The notes beneath the pieces were generated by a model. That model had not been told where the DNA came from. It did no database searches and worked only from the letters and a program-made list of their open reading frames with translations. From positions 1 to 64,000 of the forward strand of contig JAYQJW010000002.1 in the NCBI GenBank assembly GCA_038142325.1: a DNA stretch of 64,000 nucleotides, written 5' to 3'. Position numbers and translations under genes: made by a program. The stretch comes from Gammaproteobacteria bacterium. GTDB taxonomy: Bacteria > Pseudomonadota > Gammaproteobacteria > GCA-002705445 > GCA-002716945. This document shows positions 48,332-59,279 of this stretch, piece after piece; within the stretch, counting starts at the first letter, position 1, and the number at the start of each line of letters is the position of its first letter.

Positions 48332-49513
48332 ATGATTAAAAACCTCAAAAATATAGCTTTTTTTATTATTTTATCCTCTTTTGGCAATATAGCTATAAGT
48401 TCAGATACAGAGGTCCCTACTGAAAAAATTCAACAGTTCGTAGATGTTTATAAAAAAATTAAAGAACAGTATGTTGATGAAGTAGATGATGCAACATTAT
48501 TCAATTATGCGATTGAGGGGATGGTTACAAAATTAGATCCTTACTCTGATTATCTATCCAAAGATGACTTCTCTGAATTAAAAATTGGCACAACAGGAAG
48601 ATTTGGTGGCATAGGAATAGAAATCACTATGGAGGATGGCTTTGTAAAAATAATTTCACCAATAGACGATACGCCTGCCCAAAGAGCAGGATTAAAATCT
48701 GGTGATTTAGTCATAGAAGTTGAAGGTGTATCACTAAAAGATAAATCAATAAATGACGCAGTTAAACTCATGCGCGGTGAACCAGGCACTAAAGTTACTG
48801 TGAAGGTTTTAAGAGAAAAAGAGGATGCTCCTCTAGATTTTGAATTGACACGACAAATTATAGTATCTAAAGGCATTAAAACTGAAATATTCAATGGTGA
48901 ATTTGGATATTTAAGACTATCAAGTTTTCAATCAAATTCGACAGCTAATGTAAGAAAAGCTATTTATGATCTTAGAAAGAAAACGGGTAACATGATGGTT
49001 GCGCTCATACTTGACTTAAGAAATAATCCAGGAGGCGTTCTTGGTGCTGCAGTTGGTATTTCTGATCTATTTCTCAAATCAGGCAAGATAGTCTATACAA
49101 AAGGAAGAACTAATAATTCAGATTTAGAATATTATGCTAATAGTGAAGATATTCTAGAGGGACTACCTTTATATGTATTAATTAACGGAGGATCTGCCTC
49201 TGCATCAGAAATAGTAGCAGGTGCATTACAAGATCACAAAAGAGCTATAATTTATGGTGAAAAATCATTTGGAAAAGCATCAGTACAATCTATACAAGAG
49301 ATGATAGATGGCTCTGCATTAAAATTAACAACTGCTAAATACTATACTCCTAATGATAGACATATTCATGACAATGGAATTTCTCCAGATGTAACGGTTG
49401 ATTATGATGAACTTAAAACACCATTTGGCTATCTTCCTAAGCTCTATAATACAGATAATCAAATAGTTACAATATTAAAAGATCACAAGACCAATATTTC
49501 TCAACTCAAATAA
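48332..49513 (+). CDS. ctpA: Carboxy-terminal processing protease, S41 family
   Basis: Signal peptide, LDPYS, PDZ GIGI, LDLRNNPGG, SASASE, FGKASVQ, TTAKYYTP. Confidence 0.9.
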   Translation: MIKNLKNIAFFIILSSFGNIAISSDTEVPTEKIQQFVDVYKKIKEQYVDEVDDATLFNYAIEGMVTKLDPYSDYLSKDDFSELKIGTTGRFGGIGIEITMEDGFVKIISPIDDTPAQRAGLKSGDLVIEVEGVSLKDKSINDAVKLMRGEPGTKVTVKVLREKEDAPLDFELTRQIIVSKGIKTEIFNGEFGYLRLSSFQSNSTANVRKAIYDLRKKTGNMMVALILDLRNNPGGVLGAAVGISDLFLKSGKIVYTKGRTNNSDLEYYANSEDILEGLPLYVLINGGSASASEIVAGALQDHKRAIIYGEKSFGKASVQSIQEMIDGSALKLTTAKYYTPNDRHIHDNGISPDVTVDYDELKTPFGYLPKLYNTDNQIVTILKDHKTNISQLK

Positions 49514-49518
49514 AGTTC

Positions 49519-50527
49519 ATGTTCAAGAATCTCTTTTTTTTGATCATAATATTACTATTCATATCAGTCTTGCTCTAAAAAAATATCTGATCCATGTGAT
49601 GGTAAAAGTCCGCAGTTAAGTATAGGTCATTCAACAAAAAATATTGTTTGTTTCAAAACTATTGATAGTTATGATCTTAATTATAAAAATAAAAAAACTA
49701 TAATAATCAATGGAGAGTTATTTTTCCCAGAAATTAAAAAAAATAAATATGATGCAGTAATCATGACTCATGGTTCAGGTGGTAAAAGGAGATATCATGA
49801 AAAATATATTGAACTTCTAACAGACATGGGTTTAGTTGTTTTTCAAATTGATCACTATGGTGCTAGAAAAATAAAATATGATAAAACATTCTCTAAAGTA
49901 TCTGGTATCACATTTATGAATGATGCATATGCTGCATTAGAAATACTAAAGACAGATTCTAGAATAGATAATGTTGGTTATTTGGGTTGGTCACAAGGTG
50001 GTGTTGGACCTATTTTAACTCACTTCAAGTTTGTTATTAACCTAATACCAACAACAAAAAGATTTCAGTCAGCAATTGCTATTTATCCATACTGTGGATT
50101 TACATTCCCTGGAGAATATCAAAGTGAAACTCCATTACTTATGATAACAGGAGCTGATGATGATCTTACGCCTGAGGCAGCATGTAGAAATTTGTATTCA
50201 AAGTTTTTTAGAAATGACGATAAACTTGAATTTATATCGATTGACAATGCACGACACGGATTTGATAACCCATTTCTTTACTTTGGCCTCACATTTGATA
50301 AATTGCCAAATCTTATGGTCATCAATAATGAGTGTACATTAACAATTAAGGGTACTGGTGAGATAGAAAATTTGAAAGGCGTCGTTATCAATACACCTGA
50401 AATAAGTGAATATTTTCTAGATAAATGCTCAACTAAAGGGGTTACTGTAAAATATAATTCAAAAGCAACTCAAATAACATTATCTGAGGTAAAAAGATTT
50501 TTTAACAAAACTCTTGTAGATAAATGA
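49519..50527 (+). CDS. Dienelactone hydrolase family alpha/beta hydrolase, probably exported (5' frameshift)
   Basis: HGSGG, GWSQGG nucleophile elbow, YPYC, GADDDLTP, HGFD. Confidence 0.82.
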
Positions 50528-50558
50528 TTTTAGTTCATTTTAGTCATATAATAATATT

Positions 50559-50876
50559 ATGAGATTATTTTTATCAATTTTCATAATCATGTTTTCTATA
50601 GCTTCTATGGCTAATGATAAAGTGCGTCCTGGACCTCATAATAAAATCGGCCTAACTAAACAATCACAGCAAGATAAAGAAAATACTTTCATCTATAAGT
50701 TATTTAATAATGAACTCGACATTATGGGTTCCAACTCAACTGGCAATGAAAACTCTATAAATAATGACCAGGCATTATCTCAAATTGAGAAACTTGCTGA
50801 TCTTAAAGAGCGTGGAATAATTACCGAAGCTGAATTCAATGATAAGAAAAAGATTCTTTTAGATAAAATACAATAG
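50559..50876 (+). CDS. Exported SHOCT-domain protein
   Basis: Signal peptide; C-terminal IEKLADLKERGIITEAEFNDKKKILL. Confidence 0.85.
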   Translation: MRLFLSIFIIMFSIASMANDKVRPGPHNKIGLTKQSQQDKENTFIYKLFNNELDIMGSNSTGNENSINNDQALSQIEKLADLKERGIITEAEFNDKKKILLDKIQ

Positions 50877-51014
50877 ATGCTTGTATTCATAATTTGGTTA
50901 GCTCTAATCATATTATGGAATTATGGTTATCCTGAAGCATCTCCTCTTTATGATGTTATTGCTTCGGTTGTATTATTTTTCTTTTCTAAGGCTATAAATT
51001 CTTTGTCTATATAG
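50877..51014 (+). CDS. Small two-helix membrane protein (45 aa), not in ORF track
   Basis: MLVFIIWLALIILWNYGYPEASPLYDVIASVVLFFFSKAINSLSI; ATG directly follows the SHOCT stop. Confidence 0.6.
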   Translation: MLVFIIWLALIILWNYGYPEASPLYDVIASVVLFFFSKAINSLSI

Positions 51015-51584
51015 CTTGGATACAATTCAAATCATTGTTCTGTGGTGAATTAACATACGTTGATACTTTATGGATTTTAATTTTGCTTGAAATAATATCC
51101 TTGATGATATGACTACCATTCATCCATTGTTTAAGTTGAGACTCTTCTAAAAGGAGAGGTTGTCTATGATGAATATCAAAAATTGGTTTAACAGAGTTTT
51201 TAGTTACACATACACAACCAGAATCATTATATAAACCTGCCATAAAAAAAGCTTATTATCAATGTGATGATAATATGGATCTTTTACATGCTCTCTTTTG
51301 TTCCAGTTAAAATATCTTTTCCATTCATACCATCCGTCCATAATAAACGCACATCTTCTAGCATTTTTAAAAGATGGTTTTTCGTTGATAGTTTCATACC
51401 TGGCATTTATTAGATTCATAGGTTTTTTAGCCCAGCTGGGAGAATAACTCCATTTAAGTTTTTGGATTTCTGATGTAATTATAAAAACTTGAGAGCTTGG
51501 ACTGATATTATAATTTGGATCAATATCAATATTATATTTACTTTTTACTTCTTCTTTATTTGTAAGCGTGTACCTTCCGCACAT
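51007..51584 (-). CDS. SOS response-associated peptidase (SRAP/HMCES) (frameshift near 51245)
   Basis: MCGRY, YNISP, INARYET..EKPSF, RC...DGWYEW, IHHRQP, VNS..N. Confidence 0.92.
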
Positions 51585-51587
51585 ATA

Positions 51588-51974
51588 TTAATTACTGAAT
51601 TTATCCCATCCGTTTTGAGATTTAAATTCATTTAATTTTTCATCCCATTCAGAAAATTCATTTTGGTAATCTGAATTATTTTTATCTGAATCTGGTTCAT
51701 CTCCTATTTTATAAAAGGCTGCGCTTCGATTTTTGCAGATATGAATATATTGATTTTGCTTCATTAAGTCTAATGAGAGATAAAATTCCTCACATTGCTC
51801 TAGTGTACCGTCTCCTATTTTGGTTTTACTTTTTTCAGTAAGCCTTCTGAATGAACCTGTTAATTCTTTTACACAACTGGGCGATAAATTAGTTCCAAAC
51901 TTTTCATTGAAGTGTTTTTCTTTTCTTAGTTGGTTATCCCAATCAATCACACGTTTTTTAATGATATCAACCAT
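51588..51974 (-). CDS. Hypothetical protein
   Basis: Intact 128-aa ORF packed between acs and SRAP; no motif recognised. Confidence 0.6.
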   Translation of the reverse strand: MVDIIKKRVIDWDNQLRKEKHFNEKFGTNLSPSCVKELTGSFRRLTEKSKTKIGDGTLEQCEEFYLSLDLMKQNQYIHICKNRSAAFYKIGDEPDSDKNNSDYQNEFSEWDEKLNEFKSQNGWDKFSN

Positions 51975-51975
51975 G

Positions 51976-53916
51976 TTATCTGTTCTTTCTATTTTCTATC
52001 AAATCTGTAATTACGCTTGGATCTGCAAGCGTAGATGTATCTCCTAGATTATTATAGTCATTTATTGAAATCTTTCTTAATATTCTTCTCATTATTTTAC
52101 CTGATCGAGTTTTTGGAAGACTGCTTGTAAATTGAATGAAGTCTGGTTTAGCTATTGATCCAATTTCTTTTTTTACCCATTGTAATAAATCATCTGATAA
52201 ATTATCGCTTGGAGAAACACCCTTATTTAAAGATACAAATGCATATAGACCTTGTCCTTTAATGTCATGTGGATAGCCAACAACCGCTGCTTCGGAGACA
52301 TCTTTGTGTAGAACTAATGCAGACTCTACTTCTGCCGTGCCTAATCTATGCCCTGATACGTTTATTACATCATCTACTCTTCCAGTTATCCAATAATATC
52401 CATCTTCATCTCTCCGGCATCCATCACCTGAAAAATATCTGCCAGGATATTGAGTAAAATACGTATCTACGAACCTTTGGTGATCTCCATAAACTGTCCT
52501 CATTTGTCCTGGCCATGACATATCTATGCATAGACTACCCTCACCTGCTCCATGTATTTCTTTATTATTCTCATCAACTAAAACAGGTTTCACGCCAAAA
52601 AAAGGTTTGGTAGCTGATCCTGGTTTCATATCAATTGCACCGACAAGTGGTGTAATCATAATGCCGCCGGTTTCTGTTTGCCACCAAGTATCCACAATAG
52701 AACACTGAGCGTTTCCAACTACGTTATAATACCACCGCCATGCTTCTGGATTGATTGGCTCTCCAACAGATCCCAATATTCGTAACGACTTCCTTGATGT
52801 ATTAGTTACGTATTCATCACCCTCTGACATTAACGCTCTAATAGCAGTCGGAGCTGTGTAAAGAATATTAACTTTATGCTTATCAACAATCTCCCAAAAT
52901 CTACTTGGTGTTGGATAATTTGGAACACCTTCAAACATTAATGTTGTTGATCCATTGCACAATGGGCCATAAATAATATAGGAGTGCCCCGTAACCCAAC
53001 CAACATCTGCTGTACACCAGTAGATATCATCATTATGACAATCAAAAATATATTGATGTGTTATTGACGCATACACTAAATATCCGCCTGTTGTATGAAG
53101 CACTCCTTTAGGTTTACCAGTTGAGCCTGAGGTATATAAAATGAACATAGGATCCTCTGCTGACATTTCTTCAGGAGGACATACATCTGAGGATGAATTT
53201 AATAAATCATGATACCAATAGTCGATTTGATTATTCCATGTGATTGAATTACCAGTTCTTTTTACGACGACACATTTTTTAAAGTCATCTAATTTAGATA
53301 TTGCTTTATCAACATTCTCTTTTAACGGAATGAGTTTACCGCCCCTTACACCCTCGTCTGCTGTGATAATGAATTTTGAATCACAATCTTTTAGACGACC
53401 GGCCAGTGCTTCAGGTGAAAAACCACCAAATACAACAGAGTGAATAGCGCCAATCCTGGTGCAGGCTAACATAGCAACTGCAGCTTCTGGGATCATTGGC
53501 ATATAAATGGTTACTCTATCTCCTTTTGTTATACCTAAACTCTTAAGGCCATTAGAAAGTTTACAAACCTCATCTAACAATTCTTTGTAGGTTATCTTTT
53601 TTGAACTAGAGGGATCATCACCTTCCCAAATAATTGCAAGACTATCAGGATTCTTTTCTACGTGTCTATCTAAACAATTGAAAGATGCGTTTAATGTTCC
53701 ATCCTCAAACCATTTAACATAAAGATTATTTTTATCATAGGAATAATTACAAATTTTATTGTAAGGCTTATACCATGACAATCTTTTGCCTTGTTCAGAC
53801 CAAAATCGTTCAGGATTATCAATAGACTCTTTGTAAAGCTTATCGTAATCAAGTTTCTTGATGAATGCTTTATTTTTAACCTTATTTTTTGATTTATAAA
53901 TTCTTGATGTAGCCAT
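51976..53916 (-). CDS. acs: Acetyl-CoA synthetase
   Basis: [49 protein letters not shown]. Confidence 0.97.
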   Translation of the reverse strand: MATSRIYKSKNKVKNKAFIKKLDYDKLYKESIDNPERFWSEQGKRLSWYKPYNKICNYSYDKNNLYVKWFEDGTLNASFNCLDRHVEKNPDSLAIIWEGDDPSSSKKITYKELLDEVCKLSNGLKSLGITKGDRVTIYMPMIPEAAVAMLACTRIGAIHSVVFGGFSPEALAGRLKDCDSKFIITADEGVRGGKLIPLKENVDKAISKLDDFKKCVVVKRTGNSITWNNQIDYWYHDLLNSSSDVCPPEEMSAEDPMFILYTSGSTGKPKGVLHTTGGYLVYASITHQYIFDCHNDDIYWCTADVGWVTGHSYIIYGPLCNGSTTLMFEGVPNYPTPSRFWEIVDKHKVNILYTAPTAIRALMSEGDEYVTNTSRKSLRILGSVGEPINPEAWRWYYNVVGNAQCSIVDTWWQTETGGIMITPLVGAIDMKPGSATKPFFGVKPVLVDENNKEIHGAGEGSLCIDMSWPGQMRTVYGDHQRFVDTYFTQYPGRYFSGDGCRRDEDGYYWITGRVDDVINVSGHRLGTAEVESALVLHKDVSEAAVVGYPHDIKGQGLYAFVSLNKGVSPSDNLSDDLLQWVKKEIGSIAKPDFIQFTSSLPKTRSGKIMRRILRKISINDYNNLGDTSTLADPSVITDLIENRKNR

Positions 53917-53940
53917 TAGGTAAAAATATATTATAAATTA

Positions 53941-54012
53941 TTAGTTGTGACTTTTAAAAGCACAACATAATAGCCAAACCAGAACAACAAATGCAATAAT
54001 CGAAATTGTCAT
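53941..54012 (-). CDS. Putative 23-aa single-pass small protein
   Basis: MTISIIAFVVLVWLLCCAFKSHN preceded by AGAGGGG-N7-ATG. Confidence 0.45.
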   Translation of the reverse strand: MTISIIAFVVLVWLLCCAFKSHN

Positions 54013-54087
54013 TTCTTAACCCCTCTAATATGAGTATCTTCTATTGAAAGACAAAATCAACAAAAATTAATATTAGAAAAGGCTAAT

Positions 54088-54993
54088 TTAGCGGAGTTTA
54101 TTAGATTTTTTTTCATAAATTATATTCAATAATAAATGTGGAAGCGTTAAACACGCCAGTGTAATAAATATGTATTTAATGATCATCTCATCTAATGATA
54201 ATGATGCTATAGAAGATATTGTTGTTAGCATAAAGATGGTAAAAGCTACTGTTAGAGCTAGAAAAAAAATAACATATTTTGTTAATGATATTTTTTTTTC
54301 AAATAATCTTTGATCATTCAACGCATATAGATAATGACGAATAGAATGATGAAAACAGAAATATAAAATGAAAGAAGCAATAGGTGGTAAGTAGATAAAG
54401 TTAATGAATAATAATAAATATAATAAAAGTAATTTTCTGCCATATGAGAATATTATGAATAAGACCAAGATAACATATATGTATTTATATAAGTCTGCTA
54501 ATAAAATAACTGAAAGTTTTTCATTAAGTAAAATACTAAATAATGAGAAAACATCATTCACGTGGTAAATAATTGGAGTAATAATTGGAACAGAACCAAC
54601 TGATAATGCCAATAAAGAATTCTTAGATTCAATATTTTCAGTTTCCTCATGAGCAAAATGATACAGAGCCATCAGTAGAAATGTTACAAGACCAATAACT
54701 GGTGTAATAAGCCAAATTAATAAGTACACCAGAGATAAAAACAAATATGCAATTATAAATTTTATTAACCAGCTTGGTGCTGATGAAAAAAGATATTTAG
54801 CAACTAGAAAATCAAAATATCCATGCGGTATTCCAATGACTGTCACAGTCAATAATAATATTAAAAGTTGTATGTTGAGACTTAATAATTCTGGCGCTAA
54901 AAAGAAAATTATCCATGTCACAACACTTAAATCAACCAACAATATGAGTTGGTATTTGTTATACCTTTCTAGCTGTGAATGATCTAATTGCAT
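54088..54993 (-). CDS. blh: Beta-carotene 15,15'-dioxygenase, Brp/Blh family
   Basis: GIPHG.FD, YHF, YFCFHHS.RH, LTLPH; proteorhodopsin/crt context. Confidence 0.92.
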   Translation of the reverse strand: MQLDHSQLERYNKYQLILLVDLSVVTWIIFFLAPELLSLNIQLLILLLTVTVIGIPHGYFDFLVAKYLFSSAPSWLIKFIIAYLFLSLVYLLIWLITPVIGLVTFLLMALYHFAHEETENIESKNSLLALSVGSVPIITPIIYHVNDVFSLFSILLNEKLSVILLADLYKYIYVILVLFIIFSYGRKLLLLYLLLFINFIYLPPIASFILYFCFHHSIRHYLYALNDQRLFEKKISLTKYVIFFLALTVAFTIFMLTTISSIASLSLDEMIIKYIFITLACLTLPHLLLNIIYEKKSNKLR

Positions 54994-56077
54994 ATTTTAT
55001 AAAGATTAATTTTGGCATATTCCAAATAATATGGAGTATATCTATTAATGAGGGCGTATCTGACAAAAATCTAATTAATCTATTAGAATTATTATTTTTA
55101 AACATTTGAAATAATATCGATTTACTCTCAGCGGGGTTATCTCTTATTATCATCAACAGGATATTATCCATTTTCCTTAGTACTTTGCTTCTTATAGTCT
55201 TTGGGTATTCTATATATTCTTTTCCTGATAATTTTTTTATGTATTCATCTGCCTGTTTTTGAATATTAATAAAGGTATAGCCGGTTGATGCTCTTGTGGA
55301 TCCAGCAGGTATCCCGATGCGTAAATTGTTTGAATTCTTTGCATTTAATTCTACATTAGTTGTTAACGGAATTTCTCCATACTCTTCTCTTAATACCTCA
55401 TAATGTTCATTACATTTTGATTTAATGTAATCATGTACATCCTCGGATAATTTAGATTTATCTTTTTGAGCTGTTGTGAAATACGTTGTCTCAAATAACA
55501 TTGTGTTATTCCCAATGGGCAAACAATAAAAGAAGTTGAATTCGTCATTTGCTATAAAGTCCATTAAAACAGGCATAAAGTTTTTAGGAGGCTCACTGAA
55601 TCTTACAAAGAGACCCTTAAACACTTGCCGCATTTCATAGTTAGTTTTAGTAGGCCTGCTATCAAAGATATATTTTGATTTAACAGGTTGATTATTTAAG
55701 TTCATATGGAATTGATCAGCCATATTAGTTATATCACTTATATTTGATTCAAAAATAACTTCTATATTTTTTGACTTCTTAATATTCGAGAATACGAAAT
55801 TATCAAAGTCATATGAATCAATACTCTTATAATTGTATTTACTACAATCAAGTACTGCTTGTGATTTATTTTGAACAATAAGATTTTCACTAGAATGAAC
55901 TTCTAAATGCTTAAAGGGATGATTATATACATCCCAATATGACCATGTTTTTCTGATTCTGTCGTCACGTTTTTTGTTGTCTATAACACAAACACTAAAT
56001 GGTGTGTCAATTAACCTATAAGCTAGGCTTAGGCCTGAACACCCAGCACCAATAATGATTATATCAAACTCTTTCAT
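54959..56077 (-). CDS. crtY: Lycopene beta-cyclase
   Basis: IIGAGCSGLSLA, TWSYW, FDSRP, LMDF, F.Y.LP, EYGEIP, STGYTF, RFLSD. Confidence 0.88.
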   Translation of the reverse strand: MKEFDIIIIGAGCSGLSLAYRLIDTPFSVCVIDNKKRDDRIRKTWSYWDVYNHPFKHLEVHSSENLIVQNKSQAVLDCSKYNYKSIDSYDFDNFVFSNIKKSKNIEVIFESNISDITNMADQFHMNLNNQPVKSKYIFDSRPTKTNYEMRQVFKGLFVRFSEPPKNFMPVLMDFIANDEFNFFYCLPIGNNTMLFETTYFTTAQKDKSKLSEDVHDYIKSKCNEHYEVLREEYGEIPLTTNVELNAKNSNNLRIGIPAGSTRASTGYTFINIQKQADEYIKKLSGKEYIEYPKTIRSKVLRKMDNILLMIIRDNPAESKSILFQMFKNNNSNRLIRFLSDTPSLIDILHIIWNMPKLIFIKYAIRSFTARKV

Positions 56078-56890
56078 GGATATATGGTAATCCTGTCAAT
56101 GACTTATGAAGACGATTATTATGCTCTGCTGAAGCAGGTAGCAAATATTGAAAGATGAATAGAACTGATGTTTTAAGAAAAATAATTAACTTATCAAATT
56201 TAGTCGTATTTATTTTTCTATCGATAGATGTTTCCTTATTAGTTAATATTTTATGCCCAATACTTTGATACAACTTCAAAGCATACAATATAGAAAATCT
56301 TGAATTTAAAGGAATAAATGGGATGCCCTTTAGGGCGCTCTCATAATATTCATCAGCAAGCTTAATTATGTCTTTAACACATGAAAAAACTTTGCTTTTA
56401 TTATTTAGTTTAAAGTCTTCATCTGAAATGATGTCACGCGGTAAATAAATTCTATCAATCGAAAAATCCTCTTTTATATCCCTACAGATATTGGTCAACT
56501 GCATAGCTATACCAAGATCAATAGCATGGTATTTGGCATTAGGGTTTTTTATATCTAGCACATCACACATCATAATTCCTACACAACCAGCAACTCTATA
56601 GCTATATCTTAGTAGTTCTGAAATAGATTCGATTCTAGCGAACTCTTTATCTGAGTTAATGCCAGATTTAAGTTGATCTATCACTCGTTGTTCAATACCT
56701 AGGCTAATTAGTTTATTTTCCAGCTCTTGAGTACTATCAGATTTTTTAAATCAACATTATCATCATAAAGACGACAGTAAGCATAAACTGTATATACATT
56801 TTTTTTTACAGCCTTGGGCAGGAATAATGATGCTAAGTAAAATGTCTTGCTGTTGTTTTTTAGAATTTTTTTAGCAGTCTGTTCAGGCAT
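56064..56890 (-). CDS. crtB: Phytoene synthase (frameshift near 56720)
   Basis: SKTFYLAS.FLP, YAYCRLYDD.VD, Y.YRVAG.VG, LGIAMQLTNICRDI.ED..RIYLP. Confidence 0.92.
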
Positions 56891-58351
56891 TATATTTAAG
56901 TATAAGCTTTTCAGTAACTTTTGCAGAGGATAATACTCCTGGCACCCCAGCGCCTGGATGACTTCCTGCCCCAACAAAATAGAGGTTATCAAACTCTGGT
57001 GATTTATTTGAATATCTAAAATATGCTGATTGTCTAAAGATTGGCTGTATACCAAACCCACTTCCATTGAATGAATTGAGATCATTTTCAAAATAATCTG
57101 GTGTAACAAAAAATTTATCGACTATATTACTGTCTAAATCAGGAAGTATATCTTCACTTAGAATATCAATGATATTTTGACAAAAACTATCGCCTTTAGC
57201 ATTCCAGTCTATACCGCTCTCATTATTTGCAACAGGCGCAAGAACATAAAAAGAGTCGCAGTTATTTTGAATGTTTTTTGGATCTGTAGCTGAAGGTCGA
57301 TGAAGATATAAACTTGGGTCAGTGATATAAGAATGATTATCAAAAATATCATCTAAGAGTTCTTTATGGCGCTTATTAAAAATAATAGTGTGGTGTTTTA
57401 CATCGGTGTAAATTTTTTTCGTTGAAAAATAGAAAACAAATAAACCCATAGAATGTTTTAATATGTTTGGTTTATTAAATATTTTTTTGGTGTTGTTTTT
57501 AGTACTGATGAGTAGAAGTAAGAAGGATCAGAGTTACTAACAATAATGTCAGCATCAAAATCGCCTTTGTTTGAAATAACTTTACTAATGTGGTTTTTAT
57601 TTTTTACTACATCAATAACCTCTGTGTTATAATAACATTCTATTCCTTCCTCACTAAAAAGTTTTTTAAAACCATTAACTATAGATCTAGTCCCACCATC
57701 GCCATAATAAACGCCCCATTTCCATTCTAGATACTGAATAAGTAGATAAATTGATGTTGTAGTATATGGGTTGCCGCCAACAAGTAAGGGATGCATGCTT
57801 AGAGCCTTAATTAAATTTTCATTCTTTATAAATGATCGTACTGATTGATAAACTGATTGGTAGAACTTAATTCTCATTAATTCAGGAACATACGGAAACA
57901 TACTTTGCAATGATTCAAACGGGTAATCAGACAATTTCATATAGGCAGTATCGAAAATACGCTTTGAATGTTTTAATAGTTTTATATAACCAATTGCATC
58001 GTCATTAGAATAATGTATTTTAATCTCATTGAGCATAGTCTTTAATGAGGAACCATAGTCAAAATGAGATTTATCACTGAACAAAAATCTATAAAATGGT
58101 TGAACTTTAAGTAGATTGAAGTAGTCTCGTGAATCTTTGTTAAATAATTCGAAAATTTCATTAAGCAGGTAAGGTGCTGTAATAACTGTTGGACCAGCAT
58201 CGTATTCAAAACCATTGTGATATAGTGTGCGAGCTCTCCCGCCTAAATTATCTAGTTTTTCAAGGATAGTTACTTCATAGCCAATTGCTTTAAGACGACA
58301 AGCTACAGAAAGGCCGCCAAAGCCTGAGCCAATTACAATTGCTTTTTTCAT
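56883..58351 (-). CDS. crtI: Phytoene desaturase (frameshift near 57470)
   Basis: VIGSGFGGL, DAGPTVIT, LLVGGNP, HHTI, SLYLH.P, YFVGAGSHPGAGVPGV. Confidence 0.94.
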
Positions 58352-58358
58352 TAGAATG

Positions 58359-58387
58359 CATGCAAGGGGCTATTAGCCCCTTGCATG
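58359..58387. repeat. Intercistronic inverted repeat between proteorhodopsin and crtI
   Basis: CATGCAAGGGGCTA-T-TAGCCCCTTGCATG, 14-bp arms, no U-tract. Confidence 0.85.
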
Positions 58388-58403
58388 TGTATTAAAGTTA
58401 TCT

Positions 58404-59163
58404 TTAAGCTGATTCTTCTGAATCTGTTACAGCTGCAGCCCAAATGAATATACCAAATCCAATTTTGTTGACAAAATCAGCAAGGTTATAAACTAAGTTT
58501 AGACTAGCCGCATCTGCAGCGCCCATTAGATATCCAAGTAGATATCCTAGTGGATAAATTGCCCAACCGACTAACACGATTGTACGACATGCGCCGAATG
58601 CCATTTGAGCACCAACGCTTCCACAAGATTCTGATTTTTGTGCTGCTTCACCAGCATAAATTTCATACAGGATGTATATCCAACCTGCCATCCCGATGAT
58701 GAAACCAAGCATAGCTGAAATGATACCAGCCTCACCTAAGTATCCACCAATCAACATGATTAATGTACCTATTAATAATCTCCAGAAGATACCGACTGAA
58801 ACAGCGGTAACAGCTGCAAGAATAAAATAAAATTCGATCATCAATAATGGCACTGTAAGTAGCCAATCGATATATCTAAATACTGTTGGTGAATCACCTG
58901 TAGCTACCCATACATCTCTCATATAGAAATAATGTACAGCAGCAATTAAAGTTACTAATGCTGTAACCGTTAATGATGTTTTCCATTTAGGGTTAACTCT
59001 GTCTCTTTCAAAGGAAAAACACAGTAGATGCAACCATTGCAATGGATATTATCCAGAAAGTAACACCTACGTAGTCGTTAGCTGCTAGATCACCCGCTAA
59101 TACAAGTGATGGCATTGTAAAGACTAATATCGCTGGTATTACACGCGATAATAAACTCCTCAT
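58404..59163 (-). CDS. Proteorhodopsin, DTE proton pump, green-tuned (1-bp frameshift near 59012)
   Basis: True start 59163 with RBS AGAGGAG gives MRSLLSRV...DYVGVTFWIIS; AVHY (His75), RYIDWLLTVPLLMIEF (D97, T101, L105, E108), DFVNK retinal lysine. Confidence 0.96.
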
Positions 59164-59208
59164 AAAAGTCTCCTCTATTTAAATTAATTTAAAATTACTT
59201 TTAGAATC

Positions 59209-59236
59209 ATTCTATATGATTACACCGTCATATCAA
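59209..59236 (-). promoter_or_regulatory. Possible sigma-70 promoter of the proteorhodopsin operon
   Basis: TTGATA-N16-TAGAAT on the minus strand, 45 bp before the ATG; AT-rich background lowers significance. Confidence 0.4.
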
Positions 59237-59279
59237 TTATCAATTAAATTATTTATGGTTTATTTTGGTGCAAAATGGC

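Noticed and set aside
56708-57109. 133-aa ORF overlapping crtI
   Set aside because: Off-frame upstream extension of crtB; the real start is 56890 (MPEQTAKK).
58404-59163. Novel rhodopsin type or N-terminally truncated opsin
   Set aside because: Canonical DTE, His75, Leu105 and retinal Lys; the odd N-terminus is a 1-bp deletion. Two cysteines near the E-F loop were noted but nothing supports a role.
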